A stretch of DNA of 24,897 nucleotides, taken from positions 1 through 24,897 of the IMG/VR virus record IMGVR_UViG_3300035682_002155. One strand, written 5' to 3'. Numbering within the stretch: the first letter of the stretch is position 1; every line of letters starts with the position of its first letter. Made by a program: the position numbers and the translations under genes. Source of the DNA: a virus (taxonomy: Duplodnaviria > Caudoviricetes). Under the pieces are notes generated by a model that did no database searches, was not told where the DNA came from, and was given only the letters and a program-made list of their open reading frames with translations. Below are positions 1 through 8,802 of this stretch, piece after piece.

Positions 1-807
1 CTTAAAAAGGAATTTGATGAGTATGAGAAAAACAAACTTATCAAAGAGAAATATGAATTAAGTGTTGAACGTTTCCAATTGATGATTGATGCGTTAAAAA
101 CCAAATTGGAAAGATACTCTGAAGTTCAGGATAAGATTATTGAAAACAATAAGACAGATGGATTGTTGATTAAAGCGGGGATTAGAATTGATGAACTTGA
201 GGGTGAGAAGAAAACTATTGAAACTAGTATCTCAAACAATAAGTTTACAATGACTAATTTAACCACCAAGATGATTTCTAACTTGGAAACAATTAGAAAA
301 ATTGCTGAGGAGGCCGAGAGAGAAAGAATCTACAAAATCTATTTGGAAATCTTTGGTAAGAATGGTGTGACTAAACTTATAATGAAGACGATGATGCCAT
401 TGATTAATAGTGAACTTCAAAGATTGTTAGAGGATAGTTGTCACTTTAGATTAGAAGTTAAGATTAACGATAAGAATGAGGTTGACTTCCTTATGATAGA
501 CAACAACACTCAGGTTGAGAAACCGATGGCATCCGGTTCCGGGTATGAAAGAAGTATTGCTTCGCTAGCATTAAGAGCTGTATTGAGTAAGATATGTTCG
601 TTACCACGTGCAAATGTGGTTGTATTCGATGAGGTCTTCGGAAAAATATCCAATGATAACTTAGAGATGGTATCGGAGTTTTTTAGTAAGATTAAAGAAT
701 ACTTTGAGAAAATATTTGTTATCACACACAATCCCCTAGTCACCAATTGGGCTGATAATGTGGTAAGAATTAGAAAAGAAGAAAATATTAGTTATGTTTC
801 CCAATAA
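1..807 (+). CDS. sbcC: SbcC/Rad50/T4 gp46-like recombination nuclease ATPase subunit, C-terminal part (5' truncated by window)
   Basis: Frame is open from base 1. Coiled coil followed by ABC signature-like SGSGYE, Walker B VVVFDEVFG and H-loop VITH. Confidence 0.85.
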   Translation, partial: LKKEFDEYEKNKLIKEKYELSVERFQLMIDALKTKLERYSEVQDKIIENNKTDGLLIKAGIRIDELEGEKKTIETSISNNKFTMTNLTTKMISNLETIRKIAEEAERERIYKIYLEIFGKNGVTKLIMKTMMPLINSELQRLLEDSCHFRLEVKINDKNEVDFLMIDNNTQVEKPMASGSGYERSIASLALRAVLSKICSLPRANVVVFDEVFGKISNDNLEMVSEFFSKIKEYFEKIFVITHNPLVTNWADNVVRIRKEENISYVSQ

Positions 808-831
808 AAGTTTGGGAAACATAATTTTTTT
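792..831 (+). terminator. Intrinsic terminator
   Basis: Perfect 13-bp stem TTATGTTTCCCAA (792-804) / TTGGGAAACATAA (812-824) followed by a T-run. Confidence 0.8.
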
Positions 832-841
832 ATTATCTTTG
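811..841 (+). promoter_or_regulatory. Bacteroidota housekeeping-type promoter (-33/-7)
   Basis: TTTG (811-814), 19 nt, TATCTTTG (834-841); matches TTTG-N19-21-TAnnTTTG. Confidence 0.75.
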
Positions 842-872
842 TAACATAATATATAACTTAAACGTATAACGT

Positions 873-1442
873 ATGAATGGTTTAACCAAATACATTTTAT
901 TTGTCTTCACTAAGAATGACAACCCAAAAGAATTTACAGAACAAATTGCTGAAGAATTATGTGTTATTTCTGACACACCAAATCTTAATTTTTATTTCGG
1001 ACCAGAATCGTCTGTATTCACAATCTCAACATTGGATTCCCATCAGGATGTGAAGGATTATGTTGATATGATTTTAGGTGTAGGTGATATTATGTATGTT
1101 TTACTACCTTACACATCTGACAACTTGTCATATGGGTTACCTAAAAAAATATCCGAACATCTTTTTAACGATGGGGTTAGTGACTTTATGACAGAAAACT
1201 CAAAACTTTCAGATAAAACTGAGTTTGAGGTACAAAAAATGATACAAGACCAAATCAAAGAAAGTTTTCTATTAAACCTTGAGGACTTTGATTGTGATAG
1301 TGATGAATGGTCCGATATTGATGAAATTAAAAATAAACAACGTAATCCATCTTTAGATGAATTATTAGATAAGATTAAAGAAAAAGGATTAACTTCGCTG
1401 ACTGAAACAGAATTATTACACTTAAATAAATACGCAAATTAA
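873..1442 (+). CDS. Hypothetical protein with C-terminal DUF6576-like helical motif
   Basis: 189-aa ORF; C-terminal SLDELLDKIKEKGLTSLTETE resembles the LDKI...G..SLT.EE motif. One base separates it from the sigma gene. Confidence 0.6.
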   Translation: MNGLTKYILFVFTKNDNPKEFTEQIAEELCVISDTPNLNFYFGPESSVFTISTLDSHQDVKDYVDMILGVGDIMYVLLPYTSDNLSYGLPKKISEHLFNDGVSDFMTENSKLSDKTEFEVQKMIQDQIKESFLLNLEDFDCDSDEWSDIDEIKNKQRNPSLDELLDKIKEKGLTSLTETELLHLNKYAN

Positions 1443-1443
1443 T

Positions 1444-2244
1444 ATGAAAGAAAAAAGCTCAGGTATTCCAATTAATCAAGAAGAAATTAACTTGTATTTA
1501 AAGGACATTCGTAAAATTAAGGTAATGACTCCTGATAGAGAGAGAGAATTGTCTAAAATGATTAGTTCGGGAACATTAACCCCAAGAGAAGTTGAGGAAA
1601 TAAATAAAGAAATTATTCAGGGAAATTTACGTTTTGTTATTACAGTTGCAAAACAATATCAAAACCAAGGATTACCTTTTCCTGACTTGATTAATGAGGG
1701 TAATTTAGGGTTGATGAAAGCAATTCAAAATTTTGATTGGTCTAAGAACCTTAGATTTATATCTTACGCTGTGTGGTGGGTTAAACAATCAATTCTTCAA
1801 TCATTAAATGATAATGCGAGAACCATTCGATTACCGGTTAATGTTGTTCAGGATTTACATAGGGCTAAGAGAGAGATTGAATCCAACGGAGGTAAGTTAG
1901 AGGATAAGTTTCAAAACCTACCATCTATGATTGATTTGGATATGAGTATTAACGAAGATGGTGATACCCTTGTGGATATTATTAAAAATGACCAAGCGGA
2001 GATGCCGGATGAAATCTTTAATAGTAAAGACGAACTTAAGAAACAACTTGTTTCATTATTAAATGTTTTAGATGAAAGAGAGAAAGTCATTGTGGAGGAC
2101 TATTACGGTCTTAGTGGGACACCAAGAACACTTGAAGACATTGGGGGTGATTTCAACTTAACAAAGGAACGAGTTAGACAAATCAAAGAGAAAGCCTTGA
2201 GGAAATTAAGGAATGATAGTTCAGTATTATATGAATATATGTAA
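1444..2244 (+). CDS. rpoD: RNA polymerase sigma-70 factor, RpoD/SigA-like, no region 1.1
   Basis: Region 1.2 YLKDI; region 2 NLRFVITVAKQYQNQGL..DLINEGNLGL, FISYAVWW, IRLP; region 4 TLEDIG..FNLTKERVRQIKEKALRKLR. Confidence 0.93.
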   Translation: MKEKSSGIPINQEEINLYLKDIRKIKVMTPDRERELSKMISSGTLTPREVEEINKEIIQGNLRFVITVAKQYQNQGLPFPDLINEGNLGLMKAIQNFDWSKNLRFISYAVWWVKQSILQSLNDNARTIRLPVNVVQDLHRAKREIESNGGKLEDKFQNLPSMIDLDMSINEDGDTLVDIIKNDQAEMPDEIFNSKDELKKQLVSLLNVLDEREKVIVEDYYGLSGTPRTLEDIGGDFNLTKERVRQIKEKALRKLRNDSSVLYEYM

Positions 2245-2253
2245 AAAGTTTAG

Positions 2254-2286
2254 AACCTTCTATTTATTATAATAGAAGGTTTTTTA
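2254..2286 (+). terminator. Intrinsic terminator with embedded TATTTAT motif
   Basis: 11-bp stem AACCTTCTATT (2254-2264) / AATAGAAGGTT (2271-2281) plus T-run; TATTTAT at 2261-2267. Confidence 0.7.
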
Positions 2287-2314
2287 CTTTTATGATAAAC
2301 TTAAAACAAAAATT

Positions 2315-2587
2315 ATGAAAGCAATATTAAATTTTATTGATACTTGGGGTATTAGAATAATGTTCTTCTTAGTAATTATTACATTTTTTAAAACTTGTGG
2401 TACAAACTCAAGAGTTCAGGGTGTTAACGATAGTGTTGATTCGTTATCCGTAAAACTTCGTAGAGAAATAAAGATTGAAGGTCTTAAATCTGAGAAAAGA
2501 ACTATTCAAGCTTCTGATAGAAAAATATTAGATGTTAATAGACAAACTGAGATTGACCAAGAAATAAATAAAATATCAAATGATTAA
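2315..2587 (+). CDS. Small membrane-anchored protein, possible lipoprotein or spanin-like
   Basis: N-terminal hydrophobic segment ending in FKTC, then a charged helical tail. Confidence 0.55.
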   Translation: MKAILNFIDTWGIRIMFFLVIITFFKTCGTNSRVQGVNDSVDSLSVKLRREIKIEGLKSEKRTIQASDRKILDVNRQTEIDQEINKISND

Positions 2588-3341
2588 GAAATTATGGGAA
2601 TCTGTTAAGGAACACCCAAACAGAGCAATGTTCTTGGTTCCAATTCTATTGGTTGCCGTAATATCTATATCTCACGTAGTTTCTTGGTATAATATCACAA
2701 ACCCGATTAGTTGGGCGATTTACTTGTCCATTGCTATTGAAATTGGTGCTATGACCGCATTGGTTGCAGCCACTAATAAAATAAAAGGTGGGGTTTGGGT
2801 AATGTTCGGATTAATAACTACGATTCAAATGATTGGTAATATTTTTTATTCATATAAACAAATTGATGCTACCGGGGAATTATTTAAATCGTGGGTTGAA
2901 CTAACCGGACCAGTATGGGAAATGTTAGGTTCAAAGGCTAATGATGTGATAGCTATGAAAAGATGGTTAGCGTTTTTAGAAGGTGGGTTACTTCCAATTA
3001 TTTCATTAACATCGTTACATTTTTTCACAAAATATGATGATGGAAAACAAGGTAATATTGAGGTAAAAGAGGTGATTAAAGAAGTTATTGTGGAAAAAGA
3101 GGTTATAAGAGAAGTAATCGTAGAGGTTCCGGTAATAGAAGAAGTGATTGTTGAAAAAATTGTCGAGGTTCCTGTTGAGGTTATTGTTGAAAAATATATT
3201 GAGTTACCCCAATTTGAATCTGAATCTATTGAAGAAGAAGATTACTTTGACGAATTAATTGAAAATGAATACGTTAGTCCGGGAATGGACACACACGAGC
3301 CACCACGTCCAAATAATAGATTAAGTTACGTTAAATCATAA
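2580..3341 (+). CDS. Multi-pass membrane protein with EVIVE/EKIVEVP repeat tail
   Basis: About four hydrophobic segments in the N-terminal 150 aa, then Val/Glu/Ile repeats and an acidic tail. Confidence 0.7.
   Translation: MIKKLWESVKEHPNRAMFLVPILLVAVISISHVVSWYNITNPISWAIYLSIAIEIGAMTALVAATNKIKGGVWVMFGLITTIQMIGNIFYSYKQIDATGELFKSWVELTGPVWEMLGSKANDVIAMKRWLAFLEGGLLPIISLTSLHFFTKYDDGKQGNIEVKEVIKEVIVEKEVIREVIVEVPVIEEVIVEKIVEVPVEVIVEKYIELPQFESESIEEEDYFDELIENEYVSPGMDTHEPPRPNNRLSYVKS
3060..3209 (+). repeat. Coding low-complexity repeat (EVI[KVR]E / EVP units)
   Basis: EVKEVIKEVIVEKEVIREVIVEVPVIEEVIVEKIVEVPVEVIVEKYIELP. Confidence 0.85.
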
Positions 3342-3360
3342 AACATTATTCTATGTTTAA

Positions 3361-3954
3361 ATGGAAATTATAAAATACGGTGACTTCAAACCGGTTGGAA
3401 AACAAAAGAAGAAACATCAAATCATACTTACACATACATCAAGGAACCTCAATGACTATCTTCAGTCATTGAAGTTTCGTTTTAATGGGGATTTTAAAAG
3501 AATTCCCAACTACATTATTACCCGAGATGGTAAAATTATACAATTATTGGGAGACACCGAACACTCGGAATACTTCAAGGACCCCAATATAAATCGAAAT
3601 TCAATTATCGTATCGTTAGAAAATTTAGGGTGGTTACAAAAAGAACCGCTAACAGACCATTACATTAACTGGATTGGTGATATTTATAAAGGTAATGTAT
3701 TTAAAAAGAAGTGGAGAGAATACTTTTTTTGGCAACCATACACAGAGATTCAGATTAAAAATCTTGGATTGATATGTAAGGTGTTGTTTGAAAGTGTTAA
3801 TATTAAACCACAAATTATTGAACATAATACAAAAATAAATGGGGTTGAAAAATATTGTGGAATTGTTACTAAAAGTAATTTTAGTGTTGATTACACAGAT
3901 GTTAGTCCGGCTTTTGAATTTAATGAACTTTTAAAAAATATAGGAAATGAGTAA
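3361..3954 (+). CDS. N-acetylmuramoyl-L-alanine amidase (Amidase_2-like), putative endolysin
   Basis: IILTHT, NYIITRDGKIIQL, N.NSIIVSLEN.G, YTE.QI, IIEHN and DVSPAF follow the Amidase_2 motif order. Confidence 0.75.
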   Translation: MEIIKYGDFKPVGKQKKKHQIILTHTSRNLNDYLQSLKFRFNGDFKRIPNYIITRDGKIIQLLGDTEHSEYFKDPNINRNSIIVSLENLGWLQKEPLTDHYINWIGDIYKGNVFKKKWREYFFWQPYTEIQIKNLGLICKVLFESVNIKPQIIEHNTKINGVEKYCGIVTKSNFSVDYTDVSPAFEFNELLKNIGNE

Positions 3955-4570
3955 TTCACACGATGAAATTAAACGATTGTTAGATGCGTCTAGACGATTA
4001 CTAGGTGCTAATGACCTTAATGAGGATATCCGTAAACAATATGGGTTATTAACAGAACAGGAGGATGATTTAATGGGTAATAATGTAACATCAAGAGTTA
4101 ATGTTACTAACTCGGTTCAGGATAAAATTGACTACGATACTGCTGAAGACGATGGTGCCGATGAAGATGAATCTGAAGACGATAAAAAACAAACTTACAG
4201 AATTTCAGGTGGGTTATTAGTTTTACATGGAAAAGAACAAAGTGATTTAGAATTAACTACTGATGAAAAGATTGCTTTTCAAGAAACTATGGATGAATTT
4301 ATTGCGGGTGTTTCTGATATGGTGGATTTTAATAAATTAAATGTATATACAAATAATGTTGAATGGTCGGGAAATCTGATAGAATTTAATATTGAATTTT
4401 TCTTTTCAATAGGGGAAGAAAATGGGGTTTACATTAATGGTGAGATGTTAAATATTAATGACGAATTTTTAAATTTGGTTAATCAATTAAAAGGTTATTA
4501 CGAAAAGTTTAAATCAAAATGGGCGGGTGTTTTAGCGTCAAGAAAAAAAACAGTTAAAACAGAAAAATAA
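3947..4570 (+). CDS. Hypothetical protein with DIR..YGL..EQ leader (putative virion/internal protein)
   Basis: 207-aa ORF; LNEDIRKQYGLLTEQ matches the leader of 23237..23596. Confidence 0.65.
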   Translation: MSNSHDEIKRLLDASRRLLGANDLNEDIRKQYGLLTEQEDDLMGNNVTSRVNVTNSVQDKIDYDTAEDDGADEDESEDDKKQTYRISGGLLVLHGKEQSDLELTTDEKIAFQETMDEFIAGVSDMVDFNKLNVYTNNVEWSGNLIEFNIEFFFSIGEENGVYINGEMLNINDEFLNLVNQLKGYYEKFKSKWAGVLASRKKTVKTEK

Positions 4571-4923
4571 TGGAAACAATTAAACAAAATATTCTTCCTT
4601 TAATTTTAATCGGTTTGGTTATTTATAGTATTTTTAACACTAATACAATTAAAACAGATGTTCAGGGTTATAAGGACAAAATAAATGGTATTCAAACAAA
4701 AGTTGATTCGATTCAAGTGATTAATAAACAAATTGATGATAAAGTTATTAAGGTAAATGAAAAAATTACTGAAGTGACTAATGAAGTTCATCATATTGAT
4801 AATACAATAACAATAGTAAAAAATAATACAAATGAAAAAGTTAATAATGTTAATCGCATTGGTAATGTTGAGCTTGAACAGTTATTCTCAACAAGATACA
4901 ACCAAAGTGGTGTTAACAACTAA
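4570..4923 (+). CDS. N-terminal TM plus coiled-coil protein (i-spanin-like topology)
   Basis: ILPLILIGLVIYSIF followed by a heptad-like helix; near the amidase. Confidence 0.55.
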   Translation: METIKQNILPLILIGLVIYSIFNTNTIKTDVQGYKDKINGIQTKVDSIQVINKQIDDKVIKVNEKITEVTNEVHHIDNTITIVKNNTNEKVNNVNRIGNVELEQLFSTRYNQSGVNN

Positions 4924-5233
4924 TATTGCAAGATTAGTTTATAAAGATTTGATAAGATATGATGGGTGTAAAGAAGAGTTAAGTTTAACTCAATTTAAAT
5001 TATCTAAAGTTGAAGAAAGAGAATTTCATAAAGATACTATTATTAATTTATTAACAGAAAAAGATAAGAATAATCAATTTATTATTGGTAAAAAAGACGA
5101 ACAATTAAGTTTATCTCAAGAATTATCTTCAAAATTAGAAAAAGAATTAAAAGGTCAAAATAGAAAATTATTTTTCTATAAAGTTTTATCTTTTATTTCA
5201 TTAGTAACGGTAACATTTCTTATTTCAAAATAA
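4832..5233 (+). CDS. Signal-peptide, coiled-coil protein with C-terminal TM
   Basis: MKKLIMLIALVMLSLNSYS-QQ signal peptide; C-terminal hydrophobic segment; overlaps the upstream gene by 92 nt. Confidence 0.65.
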   Translation: MKKLIMLIALVMLSLNSYSQQDTTKVVLTTNIARLVYKDLIRYDGCKEELSLTQFKLSKVEEREFHKDTIINLLTEKDKNNQFIIGKKDEQLSLSQELSSKLEKELKGQNRKLFFYKVLSFISLVTVTFLISK

Positions 5234-5234
5234 T

Positions 5235-5480
5235 ATGGGATTAACAGCGACAGATAAAAAAGAAATTGAAACTTTAATACGTAAAGAGATTAAAGATTTT
5301 ATGGGTAGTACTAATTTACAGCAATATGAAAATAAATTGATTGATACAATATCTAAAGAACTTAAAAGAGGTAAGCTTGAAGGTGATGTTAAAGATATTA
5401 CATTAAGGATGTTCCGAGAATTTTATCAATTTATGTGGACTAATAGAAGTTATTGGGAATCAAGAATTAAAAACGCTTAA
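5235..5480 (+). CDS. Hypothetical protein
   Basis: 81-aa ORF with TAA-T-ATG junctions on both sides. Confidence 0.7.
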   Translation: MGLTATDKKEIETLIRKEIKDFMGSTNLQQYENKLIDTISKELKRGKLEGDVKDITLRMFREFYQFMWTNRSYWESRIKNA

Positions 5481-5481
5481 T

Positions 5482-6396
5482 ATGATAATAAATGAAAGTA
5501 TTGGTTCTGATTTAAAAACCTCAATATCTGATGAGATGAGTAAATTAAATGTTATTTCTAATGGTGGAATGGAAGCGGCGATTGCTGCAAATGAATTTAA
5601 AAATGAAATACCTGAGAATAAAAAACTAAAAATAATTAAAAAACCAATGAATAAAGGTGTGACCAATAAATTGATAGGTAAAACTAAACTTAATAAACCG
5701 GTGGGAAAATTAACTTCGGGTCTACCTATAATGGGAGAAAATAAAAGTGGAAAAAAACAATTCCAAAAAGATTTACAAACAGACCAAGATTTTAAAAAGT
5801 TTAAAGAAAAAGATAATGAATTTGGTACGCCAAATGTAACTGTGTCTGACCCATTTATTAAAAAAACTAGATACGCTAGACCGGGTAAAGGTAAAGAAGA
5901 AACTAAAGAACAAGGTGCTAGTTCAGCTGGGTCATATTCCGGACCTTTATTTTCAACAACTAAAGGTGAAATGGAAGAAGATTGTTGGAAAGATTATGAA
6001 CAAAAGGGAATGAAAAAAAAGGATAGTAAAATGGTTCCTAATTGTGTGAAAAAAAGTGAAGAAGGTGGTATTAAAAAAGTTGAAGCCACTGAATCTACAG
6101 GTTCAGGGTCGTCAGGTTCATATGAAACAACGTCTGCTTGGGCTAAATCAACGAAGAAAAAAGATTGGGGTGGTAAAAAGAAAACGCAAATTCCGGGAGG
6201 TAAATTTGTTCAAGTTAAGAAAAAATGTCAGAAATTCCCATATTGTAATCAAGGGGATATTAAAGCTTTAAAAATATTTGAGAATGAAAAAGTTAAAAAC
6301 GCTATTCAAAATTTAAGTAAGAGACACAACATAAGTGAGAATGTTATTAAAACAATTATTGCTTATGAGTATGAAAATACATTCTCAAAGAAATAA
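5482..6396 (+). CDS. Lys-rich modular hypothetical protein (putative head-internal/scaffold-like)
   Basis: Modules CWKDYEQKGMKKK..KMVPNCVK, two G.SS.GSY repeats and CQKFPYCNQG, separated by xxE sites. Confidence 0.65.
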   Translation: MIINESIGSDLKTSISDEMSKLNVISNGGMEAAIAANEFKNEIPENKKLKIIKKPMNKGVTNKLIGKTKLNKPVGKLTSGLPIMGENKSGKKQFQKDLQTDQDFKKFKEKDNEFGTPNVTVSDPFIKKTRYARPGKGKEETKEQGASSAGSYSGPLFSTTKGEMEEDCWKDYEQKGMKKKDSKMVPNCVKKSEEGGIKKVEATESTGSGSSGSYETTSAWAKSTKKKDWGGKKKTQIPGGKFVQVKKKCQKFPYCNQGDIKALKIFENEKVKNAIQNLSKRHNISENVIKTIIAYEYENTFSKK

Positions 6397-6411
6397 AGTT
6401 AAAAATCAATA

Positions 6412-6418
6412 TATTTAT
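6412..6418 (+). promoter_or_regulatory. TATTTAT motif, putative late promoter
   Basis: Intergenic, 14 nt before ATG 6433; motif recurs upstream of many genes. Confidence 0.6.
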
Positions 6419-6432
6419 AATAAAAACTAAAA

Positions 6433-7827
6433 ATGAAAAAAATAAATACAACTTATTTAGATAATTTAGTGTCTAAAATTCTAAAAGAAACGTTAGAAGA
6501 AAAGGCCGACACTCTTGTTTCCAAAATTAAAGGTAACGTTTGTGAGTGTGGAGGAACTATGTATGAAGGTGAATGTTCCGAATGTGGATATAAAAATGGT
6601 GATATGGATGAAGATATACACGATATTGAGGATATAAACAACAAGAACGAATTTGATTATGTTGGTGAAAGTGAAGAATTTGAGGGTGATGATGACTTTG
6701 AAGATGATAGTGAAAACACTAATGAAGATAGGGTAATAACTTGTAAAAAACATATTGAAATGTTTGGTAAAGATGATGAAGTTACTCAGAAACTTTGTGT
6801 TGGTGTAAATATAAATGAGTCATTAACAGGTCCTCAAAGAAGAAAAATAGATAAAAATAAAAACAATAGGATTGACGCTGAAGATTTCAAAATGTTGAGA
6901 AAAAAAGAAACTAAGGAAGGTAAAAACTTTATTCAAAAGGCGGATAGAGAAATTGAGAAAAAAGGTACTGATGGTTCATTTAAAAGATATTGTGGTGGTG
7001 AGGTAACTAAATCTTGTATTGATAAAGCTTTAGAAAGTGGTAGTTCATCATTAGTTAAAAAAGCTAACTTTGCTAAAAACATTAAAGGTTATAAAGGTGC
7101 TGACCATAAGAAAAAAGTTAAAGAATCTTATAAATTAACTGAAAATGAAATGGTTAGTTTAATTGAAAAAATTGTTTTAGAACAAAAATCTAAAGAAGTT
7201 AAAGACCCAACAGAAAAAAATAATATTAAAGGAATGGGGGGTTCTCCAAGAGGGTTGGAAGTTTATAAAAAGGCTCATAAAGGTTCTGGAAAAGAAAATG
7301 ACGACTATATTAAAGATGTTACCAAAAAAATGAAAGATTACCTTAAAGATGGTTCTAAAACAGATTACGATATGAATCCTAAAATTTTTCCAAAAGGAAA
7401 TGGTGAGTTAGAAAAGATGAAGAAAACAGCGTATGAAGTATCTAAAGATGGTGAAGAATTTATTGATGATTACTTGAGACCTGGTATGGAAACTTTAGAT
7501 TATGATGAAATGCACCCCAATGAGGAGTGGATGAACGATAATATTGAAGGTTCTTCTAGAACAGGTAATAACCCTGAATGGGCGAATACTGGTGAATCCG
7601 GTGTAAATAAAAAAATAAATAAAACTCGTAAAAAAGGTGCATATATTAAAGCTAAAAGAGCTGCGTACAACAAAGCTCCTCAACCAGTTATAAGTGATAA
7701 ACCAGGTCAAGAAACGGGGGGAGGATTAAAACTTAATACAGAAAGTGTTGATAAAAAACAAATACAAATTAATGAAGAGTTTGATAGAATAAAATCTTTA
7801 ATGGGTTACAATCAAAAAACACAATAA
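6433..7827 (+). CDS. Modular charged protein (putative prohead core/internal protein)
   Basis: CECGG..GECSECG Zn-ribbon-like motif, EF-hand-like DKNKNNRIDAEDF, internal LTENEMVSLIEKIVLEQ and C-terminal INEEFDRIKSLMGY. Confidence 0.65.
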   Translation: MKKINTTYLDNLVSKILKETLEEKADTLVSKIKGNVCECGGTMYEGECSECGYKNGDMDEDIHDIEDINNKNEFDYVGESEEFEGDDDFEDDSENTNEDRVITCKKHIEMFGKDDEVTQKLCVGVNINESLTGPQRRKIDKNKNNRIDAEDFKMLRKKETKEGKNFIQKADREIEKKGTDGSFKRYCGGEVTKSCIDKALESGSSSLVKKANFAKNIKGYKGADHKKKVKESYKLTENEMVSLIEKIVLEQKSKEVKDPTEKNNIKGMGGSPRGLEVYKKAHKGSGKENDDYIKDVTKKMKDYLKDGSKTDYDMNPKIFPKGNGELEKMKKTAYEVSKDGEEFIDDYLRPGMETLDYDEMHPNEEWMNDNIEGSSRTGNNPEWANTGESGVNKKINKTRKKGAYIKAKRAAYNKAPQPVISDKPGQETGGGLKLNTESVDKKQIQINEEFDRIKSLMGYNQKTQ

Positions 7828-7874
7828 TTTACAAACAAATATTATAACTTATAATTTCTCCATAGACAAACTCT

Positions 7875-8339
7875 ATGGAGAATTTTTTTAACTACATATC
7901 AAAACCTTTATTATCGGAAGATGTTAATCTTTGGTTCCGAAGTAATAATATAATTCCTGAGAAATTAGAATTGTATTCTGATTTTACTCATTCGCTCAAT
8001 AATCTTATATTTAACACTTATTTAGGGGAAAGTGAGGTTAATGAAACTAAAATCGTTTTAAGTGAAGAAGATGATAGAAATCATTTTGAATGGTGTTGGA
8101 ATAAAATTATTGATAATTTTAATAAAGAAAATATTAAATTTGATAAAAAAGGAGACCACTTTGATTACTTCGATTCATTTTTTGACGAAACATTTTATAA
8201 TCAAAAAGATATTAAAGTGAAATCGTCAATAGGGTTTTTCTTTACTGACTTATTCAATGATAAAAAATCTTTCACAAAGTCAGATTTAGATATGATAACA
8301 ACCATTTATAAGTTGTTAGATAAATATTTAAATCATTAA
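7875..8339 (+). CDS. Hypothetical protein
   Basis: 154-aa ORF; preceded by TTTACA-N16-TATAAT (7828-7855). Confidence 0.7.
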   Translation: MENFFNYISKPLLSEDVNLWFRSNNIIPEKLELYSDFTHSLNNLIFNTYLGESEVNETKIVLSEEDDRNHFEWCWNKIIDNFNKENIKFDKKGDHFDYFDSFFDETFYNQKDIKVKSSIGFFFTDLFNDKKSFTKSDLDMITTIYKLLDKYLNH

Positions 8340-8340
8340 A

Positions 8341-8366
8341 TACCCTATAGTATTTACTCTAGGGTA
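8341..8366. promoter_or_regulatory. Inverted repeat enclosing TATTTAC
   Basis: TACCCTA (8341-8347) / TAGGGTA (8360-8366) with TATTTAC at 8351-8357. Confidence 0.45.
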
Positions 8367-8414
8367 AAAAAAATTACTTTTACTATTATAAAATAAAAAT
8401 TAAAACATTTTCAA

Positions 8415-8612
8415 ATGGAGACATTAGAACAAATTAGACTAACGACAGAAGAATTAACTACAAATACTGCAAAATTTTTTGCTGGTAACGATAGTGCTGG
8501 TACAAGAGCTAGAAATTCGGCTCAAGATTTAAAAAAATTATCTGACACTTTAAGAAAAGAAATTTTGGCTGAAAGAAAAAGATTAAAAGAGGAGAAGAGT
8601 TCAAATAAATAA
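8415..8612 (+). CDS. Histone H1-like (Hc1 family) small protein
   Basis: KFFAGNDSAGTRARNSAQDLKKL..TLRKEI matches the GNKAAGTRARK motif of Hc1-family proteins. Confidence 0.75.
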   Translation: METLEQIRLTTEELTTNTAKFFAGNDSAGTRARNSAQDLKKLSDTLRKEILAERKRLKEEKSSNK

Positions 8613-8800
8613 TGAGTGATTTTAACACAATTTATTTATTTATATTCATCTTTTCAACATTAACTGTAGTAAAAACAGTTGGTAGAATAATAAGTTCCCT
8701 ATTTTCGAATCCACCAAAAACAATTGTGTGGGGTAAATGGGAACTTATCCTTCTCGGGTTTGCAATTTCGTATTGCTTAACATTTATTATTAAAAATTAA
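8612..8800 (+). CDS. Small two-TM membrane protein
   Basis: 62 aa, two hydrophobic segments; TAATG stop/start overlap. Confidence 0.6.
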   Translation: MSDFNTIYLFIFIFSTLTVVKTVGRIISSLFSNPPKTIVWGKWELILLGFAISYCLTFIIKN

Positions 8801-8802
8801 TT

